Assembly (NCBI GenBank): GCA_021613535.1
Contig: CP075492.1
Span: 11,718,001 to 11,782,000 of the forward strand
Source of the DNA: Adineta vaga
Taxonomy: Eukaryota > Animalia > Rotifera
Direction: 5' to 3'
Length of the DNA stretch: 64,000 nt
Position numbers and translations under genes: made by a program. The notes under the pieces were generated by a model, which was not told the DNA's origin, did not search any database, and saw nothing but the letters and a program-made list of their open reading frames with translations. Of the stretch, positions 49,453-61,812 are shown in pieces (within the stretch, counting starts at the first letter, position 1; each line of letters begins with the position of its first letter).

Positions 49453-52400
49453 TTAAACTAATGAATAATGTTGACATGGAGATGAATCAGTCGTTGTTTC
49501 TTCATATGTGGCATATAATACATTTCTTGGATTTGTCAATGATGATGATTGATCGAATGAGAAATTATGTAGAAGACATCGAGGACTTTGAGTATCAGAT
49601 GAATGTACACCGGAATCAGCTGATGAAGAACTTTGATCATTAGGACAACATTTACGTGATGTTGATTTTGATGTGGAAACATAGGTAAATGCTGAAAAAA
49701 GTTCCGTAGGAGAAGATGAAACAGTATAATGAATATTTGGTAAGATAGATTTTTCAGATATTTGAATAAGAGGATTTCGTCGCGATAGATCTTGTTCGTT
49801 AGTTGACGAAGATTTAAGAATAATTGGACGAAAATAGCGTTCGGAAGACGTAGTCGATGGATGAGGATCTAAAAAGGTGAAGGAATATCTATTAAATCGA
49901 ATTAATTCGGAAGAAAACGATCATACTTTGACATTGTTTTTGTTGATTCTCTCTCCAGAATGATCCATGATTTGCTTCATCTTTATAATTCATGGCATAA
50001 CCAGTTACTGCATATGGATTAATATTCCCTTGAGAATCTTCTACAAGTAATTTCGAAGATAAAACAATCAATAAAATCAATAAGATTAACAGTACCTGAT
50101 ATAAAACTATTCGATCGACTTTTATTTGTATAACTTTGATGAGTAAATTCATTGTCTGTTCTTAACCAATTCCTATGAAAATGATCAGAATTTGCTGAAC
50201 ATAAAACAGGTTTTAATTTTCTATTTTGATTAATAAATGAATCTAAAAGATTGATATGAAAAATACATCTGATCAAGAATCAAGTTTTCATACTTACCAG
50301 TTTGTCGTAATCTTCGTCGATAGATTTTCATAATGATTAAAATCAGAATAAATAAACATAATAAAAATGCACTCAACATCAAAATTTGTTCAAGTTTAGT
50401 TTTTCCGGCAAGTTTTTCATTTGTTGTTTGAAAAGAAATTGTTTGAAAATTTTCTCCTGCTTGACTATTTACTTTAATATTTAATTCATAATATTCATTC
50501 GATTGAAGTTGATCGATTTTAATCATACTATTCTCATTTGTATGTGAAATATATCGACTAAAATTCGTTTTACTGGAGATTAATTCGATTTCATATGATA
50601 AAATAGAACATTCATTGATAATCCAATTATTCATATTGAGAATGATATAATTACTTGAAATACTTTGAACTAAATCAGATGAATCGATCAATGATGGTAC
50701 TGAACCATCTGTTTTAGTAAATAGATGTTCTGTTGAACTAAATCCAGCTTGATTACTTGCATAGATCATTATTTCATAGAAATTTCCACAAGAAAGATTA
50801 GTCAAACGAATATGTGATAATGGTGGAAAGATGTTCAATTCATTAATATGAACATTATCTTTAATTTTATAGGTTATTGTTAAACTTTCGATGATTTCCG
50901 ATGGATAAATAATCTTCAAACCAATTTCATTCGATAATCTATAATGTACTTTTGTTTGAATAGATGATGGTTTATCTGAAATCAATAAAAACATGATTTT
51001 GAAAGAAGAAAAAATGTTTTGAATTACCATAATATTGAATATTGAATAGTTTTGATGTACATTGATATTGCGTATTTGTTTGAGATAATGATGGATGTGG
51101 AATAAAGAGAGATTTTTCAGGTGAAGATGGACAATTAATTCTAAGTGGTTTATTGATTGGATGTATAAGTGTTGTTGCAATATCAAAAACTACAATCGGA
51201 AATTCATAACAAATAATAGAAACATCTTGAACTTTTTACTTACTTGATGATGGTGTTTTAACATCAATTGCTAATGATGACGAACCACAATCAAAAGAAT
51301 TACAAATGGCTACTGAAATATAATATTGTGATGATGAATGAAGATTTGATAACGTATAATCGGTATGAATAGTTTCAATTGTTGTTAATGTTGACATATC
51401 TAAGTAAGAAAAATGATTTATTTCATAGAGGATATTCTACAATAGATTTTTACTAAAGTTTTCATAAATAGTAATCGCGAATGTACGAAATTTTCCGTTC
51501 AGTAATGGTAAATTCTTTTTTTCAAAAGTCCATGTTATATATGCAGTTGAACTATTCAATAGAGTTGCAGTTAAATCATCGATTAGAAGAAGAGGAACTA
51601 AAATAATCAAAATCATCGGTTGATCTTTATTTTTAATTAAAAGTAGTATCATACCATATTCTAATGTTTGTATTTTCAATGAATTTGATTTGGGACTTGA
51701 TCCAAGTTCATTGATTGCATAGATCACGACTGTATAATTAGTAAAACTCTTTAACTGATGTATAGTCATTTCCATCGATTGGTAATTATGAGTGTAAATG
51801 TGTGTTTGATTATATGAATTTGTTACTTCAACGACAAATTCAGTAAATGAACTGTTACATATATGAAATGACGGATACTAAAAATTATAGGAAATCGAAT
51901 CGTTGCACTATCATACGATCATAACTACATACCTGCCATGTTATTGTTACACTAGTTGAAGAAATATTAGTTGCAATCAGATTATATGGAGCAATTCGTA
52001 GTCCTAAAGAAAGAGTAATGTTTAAATCATAAAATATACGAATGAATTACATACGTTTTATATCCATTTGAAAACGAAATGGATCACTAGGTAATGACAT
52101 ACCAATTGCATTTATACTTTGTATAACAACAGAAATGATACATGTTGAAAAAACATTTTCAAATGAATAAGTTGTTATGTTCTGATTATCAATATTCACA
52201 ATCGTTTCATTCGACCATATCAAACCTTAATTTTCCAAAAAAAAACGTTTAGTAATTATCAAACAAACATAGTTTTTCTACCTTGTCTATATCGAATTCG
52301 AAGAATATATTGTAAAATTTTCGAATTTCCATCGAATGGTTTTATCCAAGAAAGTTTTTCGGATTTTTCAAGAAATATATTTTCTATCTTATCTGGTACA

Positions 52401-55400
52401 TTTAAGACAATGATCTCAATAATAGATCGATCTTGTGAATAATTATTTTTTGCTTCACATTCATATAGACCACTATCAGACATTTGCATATTATGTATTG
52501 TTATTGAAATATTCTTGAAATTTTCATGTTTAGTTTCAATTATGGTTAACTTTTTTAATAATGGACTTTTCAATTGTAATTCTAATTGATTATCACCTTC
52601 AGCAGAACAATATATATTCAAATTTTCATTGATTCGAATAGTTTTATTTGATGTAATCGAAAGAATCTTTGCCGGAATTTGTACAGTTAGAAATACTTCA
52701 GAAGAAATTTGTCCATAGGAATTCGTTGCTTGACATGTATAGGTATTCGAATTTGTATGAATTGAAGTAAAGAGAATTGGAGATGTAGTGGAAGTATTAA
52801 TTATACGATTATGAATTGTGTCAATCCATTGTAAATAAAGATTAGGTTGTCCTGATGCATAACAAGCAATTGTGAATTGTTCACCATTTCGGACCGTAAA
52901 ATTTGTTAATGGTTGAATGAAGGGTATCTGTTGTTCGATATTAATATGTTTCGATAATGAAATTGATCCAAATGAATTTATTGCAATACATTGATAAAGA
53001 CCTGTATCGATAATTGTTGAGATTGAAATTGGATAATGAAGAAAAACATCACCCGATGCGAGATATTCAATTTGATTATGTGGAGATATTTCTTGTCCGT
53101 CTTTAAAAATATGAATTTCCGGTGTTGGATCACCATAAATAGTACAATTAAGATCAATTGGAATATGAGAATGATTTTGTGGAGAAATAATAATATCATT
53201 TTGATGATTATCAACAATAAAGGGAGATGAATCTATACATTTCGATGAATTGTTATCATAAAATAAGGATTATTTTAGAAAAAAATAACAACTTACTAAT
53301 AATTCGAATTTGTGTTTGTGTACAACAACTATTCATATCTGATGAAGTCGATATAAAACAACATTGATACATTCCCATATGTTCTCTGGTTGCATTGAAA
53401 ATCACATATCGATTGACATTACTTGCTAACACAACAGAATTATAATACCATTGCCATTGTTTCGAAACATTCTTTATCGAATTAATTGTACAAAGTAGTT
53501 CTATGATTGATTCTGCATTGATATTCATGATTTGTGGAACATTTATATGACATTTTGTTGGAACTACAATCATGAAAATTTACTTAATAACCATAACAAC
53601 GGAAAAACATACCATGAACATTAAGTGAAATCGTCGATGTCATTCTTCCGATTGATTCATCGTCAACTCGACAAGCATAATTTCCGGAATCAGTTGAAGA
53701 AGATAGTTGAAATATACGAGAATTATTATACATGTTCTTTTCATCATGAAGAATTTCCAATCCATCCTTCCACCATGAAATTTGTGCAGTTGTCGAGATT
53801 GAAGATATACCACAAGGTAATTCAATCAAATCATTGATTTCACCTTGATATTCCGTATTATTTGGAATTGATAATTCAGGTCCAAACGGTGAACGATCTA
53901 CAGAAATAAATAAACGATTGAATGAAGATTTTTTTCGTTGTTTTACCTCGAATACGTAATAATTTGAATCGACTTTGTTTACGATTATTATCAATTTGAT
54001 TTCTTACAATACAAGCATAACTTCGATTATCATCGGATTTACTTAAATTATGAATAATTAAATTTTTATTTGACAATAAATTATATTTCGTTTTTGGTTC
54101 TAAATCAAAATGAAATCTTCTCTTTATCGTTTCCAATTCTCAATCATATCATTGTCTCACTTAGATCAAGTTGAATAATTTCATTATTTCTCTTTTCTAA
54201 CCAACCAATAATATCAACATAGGAATTTGCTAATGGTGGTGAAATTTCACATGATATTATAACGGATGATTGTTCAAATCCATATGGAGTTTTCACTTCA
54301 ATCTCGTATGCATCATAAATTTCTAAAGAAAACAAAAAACATATTGTCTATTCGAATAGATGCTATCAACATATCTTAACTAATCCTTTCTATATAGCAA
54401 AAAAAAATAAACTAAACACAGTAGGAATGTGTGTATCGAATAACAGTTACTAATGCGTATCACGTCTATACGATAGTCAACAATAGTGATAATCACATCA
54501 ACATCTGTATATATATATTCATCTATTTATTAGCACTTGTCAAGAGGTTAATTTGTGTTCGAATTGATTTCCGCTGAGTGATGAAGAAAGAAGATAATCG
54601 AAGCTTACTGAGAGTGCTGAATGAACGATGTTTAGGATCAGACATCTGATTGTCTGAGAATGATATTGAAGACTAATCTCGATCAAATTACATCGAAATG
54701 GAATTGGATATTTTAAGAAATCATCTTCAAACAATCTTACGTGGTTTAACTTGTATTGAAAGTGTCTGAATACTTCCAACAGGATTTTTGGCTTGACATA
54801 TATAAGCAGTAGCGTGAATTGTTTTGATATATTCTCGAAATGGTCGTATGAATAAACTTCCGTTTTCATAAAGATTACTAAAGAAAAGATTTATTGATGG
54901 TTAAGAGTTTTAATAAATTATCTTACATTAATTCCGATGATTGAACAGAAATCAATTGATGTGAATGACTACCATTTGTTCGAAACCAAGTTATTGAAGG
55001 TAATGGATTACCTGTTGCTGTACAATCAAGTCTAAGGCCTAAGTTATTGTAATAGAGTTTCTGTTTTGTGATAATTGTTGATGTAAAACTAGGTCCGATT
55101 GAATATTGAATTGTTAAAACAACTAAATAGAAAAAGATATTTATTCAAGTTCCTTTCGATTGATAGAGAATTCCATGGGGAATTTCAGTTTCTCTAGCAT
55201 ATGTTAATGAATAGAACTAGGTCATGTATAGAGTTACGTGTTCAAAAAAGAAAAGAAAAAGTGATGTATTCAGGCATGACACCGAATTCATTAGACTCAT
55301 AGTTTAATCGTAATAACCTTGACGATTTCCGTTGGATTGCAGAATTTATCTCATACTCTATATGTGACAGCTGCTGTGATAATGAGACAATCTGGTCAAT

Positions 55401-55504
55401 GCATAGATATTTTCACATCAAATCAAAACTGACATATTTATAGTCTTACCTTGTTCATAAATGACAAGAATAATAAGAGAAGTAATGATGATTATCGTTG
55501 TCAT
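49453..55504 (-). CDS. DSCAM: Dscam-family Ig/FN3 receptor, domain-reduced
   Basis: Ig1 GPSF...LDCTATGNPLPSITW...LFIRPFREY...IHATAYICQAKNPVGSI; Ig2 with DDNRSYAC; FN1 SWIKPFDGNSKI; FN5 LSCGNFYEI; FN6 NNWIINECSILSYEIE; TM helix; NPYA motif; PDZ-binding end HYSLV* like the vertebrate DSCAM YTLV. Confidence 0.82.
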
Positions 55505-56350
55505 CTTTAATCATAAAAGATTATCATTAATATATTGTCAAATAACATGATAAAGTTAAGTTGAATGATAAAAATGAAAATCTATAGAAGATAAGTGAAC
55601 ATGGTTGATGATGTTAAAATAACAATGAACATAAGGCCATTCAAAAAGAGTCTGATAGTATTAATGGTCGTCTAACAGCATATTGATTGTCCTTCTTACG
55701 TGCTCTCTTCTCTCTTTCTTTTTTCCTTCTGTCTGGAATCGAATAAGACAAATAAACTTTATGGAATGAGAAAAGAAGAAAATCTATGACTGCTGCGATC
55801 TAGACCGAAAGTCAAATCATTGCTTCGTTCCTAATTAGAGACGATCGAGAAAGACAAAAAGAAAACTTCTGACGAAGAATAAGAAGAAAGAGAAAGAGAA
55901 GAAAAAGGAAAGAAAGAAGAGGAGAAAAGAATAATCCATCGTTTTATATAGTTATGTTAGTAAATACAAGACAACGAAAGCTAACGCAATTCATGGTCAT
56001 CCTAAACGTTCTATTCAACAATCCATTAATTTAATGATTGCCTCTCGTCATCTATCGGATTTCTTCTAATGTATAAATATCTACATTTATTACGAATGAT
56101 AACTTGTTTTGAACGGGACAACTACTATTAACTATCATATCATATGAAACTGACAAGTGACTGTTGTTTTATTACATAAAATATTAAATGAGAAAATAAT
56201 GACCAGTTGCTTGTCTTTATCGTGGAGAATTAAATGACAGGCAACTCTCTTTGATGTATAAACAAAGAAAGATGAGATATATGTTTCGAATTTCAAATGT
56301 ACTACAGATACACATGTGAATGATAATCGATGAGATGAAAGAATTCTTTT

Positions 56351-56368
56351 CTTCTTCTTCTTCTTCTT
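56351..56368. repeat. (CTT)6 microsatellite
   Basis: Read directly. It explains the poly-K/poly-E ORFs at this position. Confidence 0.75.
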
Positions 56369-57086
56369 TCTCACCTCTACATACTTTTGTGTTTCTTTTT
56401 TCTTCCCAAAGGCATATGATCATCTGAAATATATATGTATTCAAGGAAGAATATCTAATTGTAGTTATTAGAATGTTCTTTCTTTCTTGCTTTCGTGATC
56501 CCAAGTGGTACCATATATACATTAAGTAAAGATAAGAATAGTATGCATGTATGTATTTGTGAAACTGTAATGAGTATATTTAGCATTCGTTGACAATGCA
56601 CTCATCTTTATTACATGTCAATGTTACTGTTGTGTTGAATGATGATTTCCGGGTTCACTTATCAATTAAGAGTCTTCTAAATTTTTTTTATAGGCAGACA
56701 TAGTTTAAAAAAAAAGGAAAAGGTTATATATACAATTATTCATAAAAAAAAGAAGAAGTGAAGATCGAACGTTAAAATGACAGACATTAAGTTGATAGTT
56801 CGACGATAATAAAAAAAAAAGTGACTAAAGTGAACACGTCGAGTGATGCTCTATCTCTTTTTTCAAGGTGTCAATCTTTAGAACTCATCGGTCATCCGAA
56901 GGTCGATTTAAAGACAATGACAAAATTGTATGTGCATGTGAATAAATTAGGTTATATCTTCTTTCATAAAGACACGCACAACGGAAGTCGATTTGCATCA
57001 AAGAACATAAGCATTACAATTCTTAACATATTCCCGTAGCGGAAATCGATTAAGCGCATCAATGTTAAGCACCTCGACAGAAAAAG

Positions 57087-57106
57087 AGATAGTCTTAAGA
57101 CTATCT
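57087..57106. repeat. Perfect 20-bp palindrome
   Basis: AGATAGTCTTAAGACTATCT equals its own reverse complement. Confidence 0.9.
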
Positions 57107-59159
57107 TCAATAGAATAAGGAGAGAAAAAAAATGATGAGATTGAAGTACAGTTTTTCTATTGAAATAAATAGCACGTTTTACTTATCAATGTCACTGTGC
57201 TTACTGACCTTGTAGTTTTCTTCATCAATAGAGATGATCATATCTTCATAAACATTGATAAGATTATATCATTGAATGAGAAGTTTGTCATTGATTGTCA
57301 ATGACGAAAAGTTATTTTGACAAGACGATCAATATATAATCTTTGTATTTTCGATAATAAATGTCTTGTTAAGAATATCTTCAACGATAGAGATATTAAA
57401 AAGAAATTATCTATTAATGAATTTCATTGATTTAATGAGAAAAACTAATGTTCTTTTTCTTCTTCCGCTTTATAAACTCAAATTTGTCGAATCATTGATC
57501 AAATGAGTAGAACTCTTATGCGTAAGATATCTTGATTAATACTAAATGAAGCAAATAGATCAAGTGATGACATAGACAAGATGGTTGGAATAGTTAGAGG
57601 GAAACATCATCAGACAGGAGAAGAATGTTTACTTTGATATGTATTTTAAACAATTCAATATTTGTGAATAGAAAATGAGAAAAAAAAAAGAAAGAAATGT
57701 ATGCAAATACAACGTCTATCTAACATTTCAGTGCTTTCATGTAGAAACATAGTAAATTAAAAGGCAATGAAGTTTCCAGACAATTAGTATTTTTCTATGC
57801 TATTAGTGATATTTTTATCCTCTTACAAAGGAAGGATCAGATTTGACATTAATAGTAATGCCAGACATATGATCAAAATCACGCGAACTAGAATAATTTG
57901 CTCTTCTTTCTATGTAAAGATGAGTGACAATTCATCATTATCACGAATAGAACAGATGGAACGATTGTTGAACTTGTATTTGCTTAATACTGATTTAGAT
58001 CGAAGTGAGGCCAAACATTAATTTACTTGAAATTAAGATATATTGAGAGATAGAAAATATTTTTGTCAATTCGAAATCAAATGACAAACAATAGAGTTAG
58101 TTATAAGTTCGTATTTATCTTTGAATAAGTAGCTTTTTATTTTTTATATATATTTTTCAAAGATCGAAGGTAAATCAACGACAAAAGTTAACTTCAAATA
58201 TGGTAATAATAAAGAAAAACAATAACAAAAATTCTATACTGCATCTGTATTTGACAATACAAGTATTTTTCTTACATTTATTATCAACAAGTAAAGTTCA
58301 TCCTCAACTGTTTTACTTGCCACTAAACTAACAAAATAAAAATGTAGATACAATTTTCAAGTCTGTTCTATCTACATTCTGATTAACATTCAACTTACTA
58401 TGCATTTTAACAGTTGTTAAGAAAGTAATGACACGCTATTAACTATATATTATCAAAAGTTTAACTAAGTACTATAGGTCAACATTATGTATATATATAT
58501 ATATATATCTTTCAGAATAGTTATATCCAATTACACTATTGTACAAAAAAAACCGATACTGATCATTCATATATGATGCTTGATTCTTTCTTCGATATCC
58601 AATCAATGAGTAATTACACTTCGTAAAGAAAAATATTTTACTCTTTCAATTTTTACATATTCGATCAGTGTCAATTGAAATGAATAATTTACGCATAGCA
58701 ACAACATCAACGTTTTCTTCTGCTTCACATACTCTACTCAGTATGATCCATCTATTTTTATTGAAATTACTTTCGGCGTCATTATGACATCCTACATTCA
58801 AAACACAAACGTCTGTCTTTTCTTTTTCGTAAGAGAAGAAGAAAAAATTGCATGCATCTTTTTTCTTTCTTCAGATTTTTTTTCGTTTTTAATGTATTTT
58901 GCTGTCGACACTGTATGTATCGCGATAGAAGTGTCAGCATTAAATACCATCGTCTATATGTCATTCTTGCTATTGAAAGAAAAAAGAAAGAAAAATCGTC
59001 AACGGACTGTAAACTGTCCGCATTAAATATATTTTTCATTTCGGTTTATTAACTTTCCAAACAAGACACTACTTGAACGACAAACAACATCAACAAATCT
59101 CACTTAGTGTCTAATAGGAATGTAATATTATTGCAGTCTGTTTCTTTCCATCTTTCAAC

Positions 59160-60105
59160 ATGTTTACAATTCTTCCTATCTTGTACACGATCAGTGTTCA
59201 TTACATTCGGAAATGGAAAACATCTGATGTAATCGAACAAAATGATGAGAAAACGAACCAACCCATACCAGTTATCTTCGAACAAATAAAACCATGTGAA
59301 AAATATGAACATACACCTAAACTAGATCATCAAATAAAACCACGTAAGAAAAAATGTGATCGATCACGACGACGACGAAAAACATCGCTTAGTGAACTAA
59401 ATTATGATGATATTATGTATTTAATCAATGAAACAGGATTTACACAGGATGAAATTATTTCATGGTATACTGATTTTCTTGTATGTATAAAAACCTTATA
59501 TGCAAATATCCAATCTTTCACGTTTGTTTGTTTGTTTCTATGTAGCGTGATTTTCCGGATGGAAAACTTCCTAAAAGTAAATTTATTGATATTTATCAAA
59601 GATTTTATAGGAAAGGTCGAGTCGAAAAGTTTTGTGATCATGCTTTTCATTTATTTAACAAAGATGGTTCAGGATATATGGGTAAGTGAAAAAACGATTG
59701 AGTATCGCATTTTTATACTTCATAATTATTAGATTTTATGGAATTTCTTCTTGCTGTTAGTTTAACATCATCGAAAGATCCAAAACGAAAATTAGAACTA
59801 TTTTTTGAAATGTATGATATGGATAGGAATGGCTTGATTGATGGAAATGAAATGAGATGTGTTATTGAAGTATGTTGGATTATCTTTTTTTGTTGTTTAG
59901 AAAAAAAAGAGAATATTTCTTTCTTTAGTCTATTTACCAATTGATGGGTGTGGATATAAGTGATCCAACGAGAATTGATACAAAAGTTTCTGATCTATTT
60001 TCTAAAGCTAAATGTGATCAATTAGAATATTTAAACGAAATTCAATTTGCAAAAGCATGTGAAAATGATCGATATCTACGAAAATTTCTAAAGCCAATTG
60101 TTTAG
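59160..60105 (+). CDS. Neuronal calcium sensor family protein with N-terminal extension (4 exons)
   Basis: LINETGFTQDEIISWYTDFL|RDFPDGKL...FCDHAFHLFNKDGSGYM|DFMEF...KLELFFEMYDMDRNGLIDGNEM. EF4 is degenerate. The start codon is uncertain. Confidence 0.85.
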
Positions 60106-60652
60106 AATATTGAAAAGTTTCTTTTTTTTGCTTCACTGTAATGTATGAGAAAAGCACTAGTCAAGAGGAAGATACTGTACTTTTTTTAACGTACGTGACC
60201 TTTAAATTATATTAAGTTCATTGTTTCAATGTTTATTTTAACTTGTCCTTCGTTCGTTTCTTTTTTCCTTGAAGAAAATCAAATTGAAAATTCTATTATA
60301 CTTATTTTCATGCTGAATGTATGCTTCATTATGATATGATTACTATTTACATACCATCAACCTTATACATATCGTCGATAATTCGATTTCTAATATTCCG
60401 ATATGAACACTCGTATTTTAGTGTGAGAGATCGAATACGATAACATAACGATTGAAAGATGTTTACATTTAATAACTAAGGAAATGTAATAAAGATTTTC
60501 TGTTCTTTTTTTTCTCAGTAAAACTCATTACTTCGATCATAGAAACATATGTATATCATTTTTCTTTCTATATTATTACAGTTAGAATAAGAATAAGAAA
60601 AGGAAATAAAATGAGTATAATAAGTAAAATTTAGAATAGAAATTTTAGTTAT

Positions 60653-61812
60653 TTATGAAGCTGATGGTGCAAGTAATCTTCTTAAATATTCATCTTGTAA
60701 ACAACCATTAACGAATTCATCTTTCGATAATTTTCCATCACCATTTGTATCCATTTTAGTAAAGATCTGATCAACTTTGAGTTCAGGTGAATTTGTACCC
60801 TTTCTTTCCTCACCAAGAAGATCAAAAATAGCCTTTCAGAACACAGAAGAAAAATAAGATTTCGAAGAATCTTTATATTATTTATTACCTCCATGATTTT
60901 TTTCATTTCTTTCTTTTCAATAAAACCATTACGATCAATATCTATAAAAAACAGAACAAAAAAAAAGAATTGATTTAATCTCTTCGAAATCAATCATCTT
61001 TCATACATACCATACATGGAAAATGCCCATTCTAATTTTCTCTTTGGCTCTTGTTGAGCAGTAATTGAAATAGCAATTAAAAATTCTCCGAAATCTAAAT
61101 ATAATATTGTTTGATATCTCTTTAAATTCGATTACTACTATTATTATTACCAATATTGCCTGAGCTATCATTATCGAATGTTCGAAAAACATATTCACAG
61201 AATTTTTCGGCTTTACCCGATGGATAGAATTGTTTATAAACATCGACGAATTTTTTTTTATTTAATTTTCCAGTTGGACAATCTTTCTAAAAATATAATG
61301 AACTAAACAAAGTTGTTCGTCTCTGTCATGTTTGTCAAGCATATGAAATCGATTTTATTGACTAGTTCTGGCAAATATTTTTCTGGAAAACACATATACA
61401 TCTTATAGATAAGAATAAGTCTATTTGGATAATATCCGTATTATTATTCAACTTGAAGAGCAATTCAGACATGCTACTTGACACCGAATGAGTTTAATCG
61501 AGTCACTGATTCGTTACTTAACTTTAATAACGAGTAAATATATATTCGAGCATACAAAAGAAAAGGACTTAGTAGAAGGCATGAGAACTACTTTTCTTCT
61601 GTTTATTCGTGATGTTGTACGGAAATTACATAACACACGAATGAATCGTGTGTATTTCATTGATTAAGGGAGTCATTTTTTATGCTTACCAGAAAACCTG
61701 AATGCCATTCACGCACTTGATCGGGTGTAAAACCAGATAGGCCGGATAATTCAGCAATGTTAGCATCTGTTAATGTTTTACCATATTTCATTCGTTGTCC
61801 GTTGTTACCCAT
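60653..61812 (-). CDS. Neuronal calcium sensor 2 / neurocalcin-like protein (5 exons)
   Basis: MGN start (myristoylation-type Gly2); [15 protein letters not shown]|KDCPTGKL; DNDSSGNI|DFGEF; KLEWAFSMY|[12 protein letters not shown]; [20 protein letters not shown]. Confidence 0.9.

Noticed and set aside
54578-54657. C/D-box-like motifs (GTGATGA...CTGA) and a small hairpin in a Dscam intron
   Set aside because: They lie antisense to the host gene, with no terminal stem or recognisable rRNA guide.
56135-56522. ORFs with poly-K and poly-E runs
   Set aside because: They are translations of a (CTT)n microsatellite in non-coding DNA.
58782-59052. Three overlapping hydrophobic ORFs upstream of the NCS gene
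   Set aside because: T-rich low-complexity sequence with no motif or consistent splice path.
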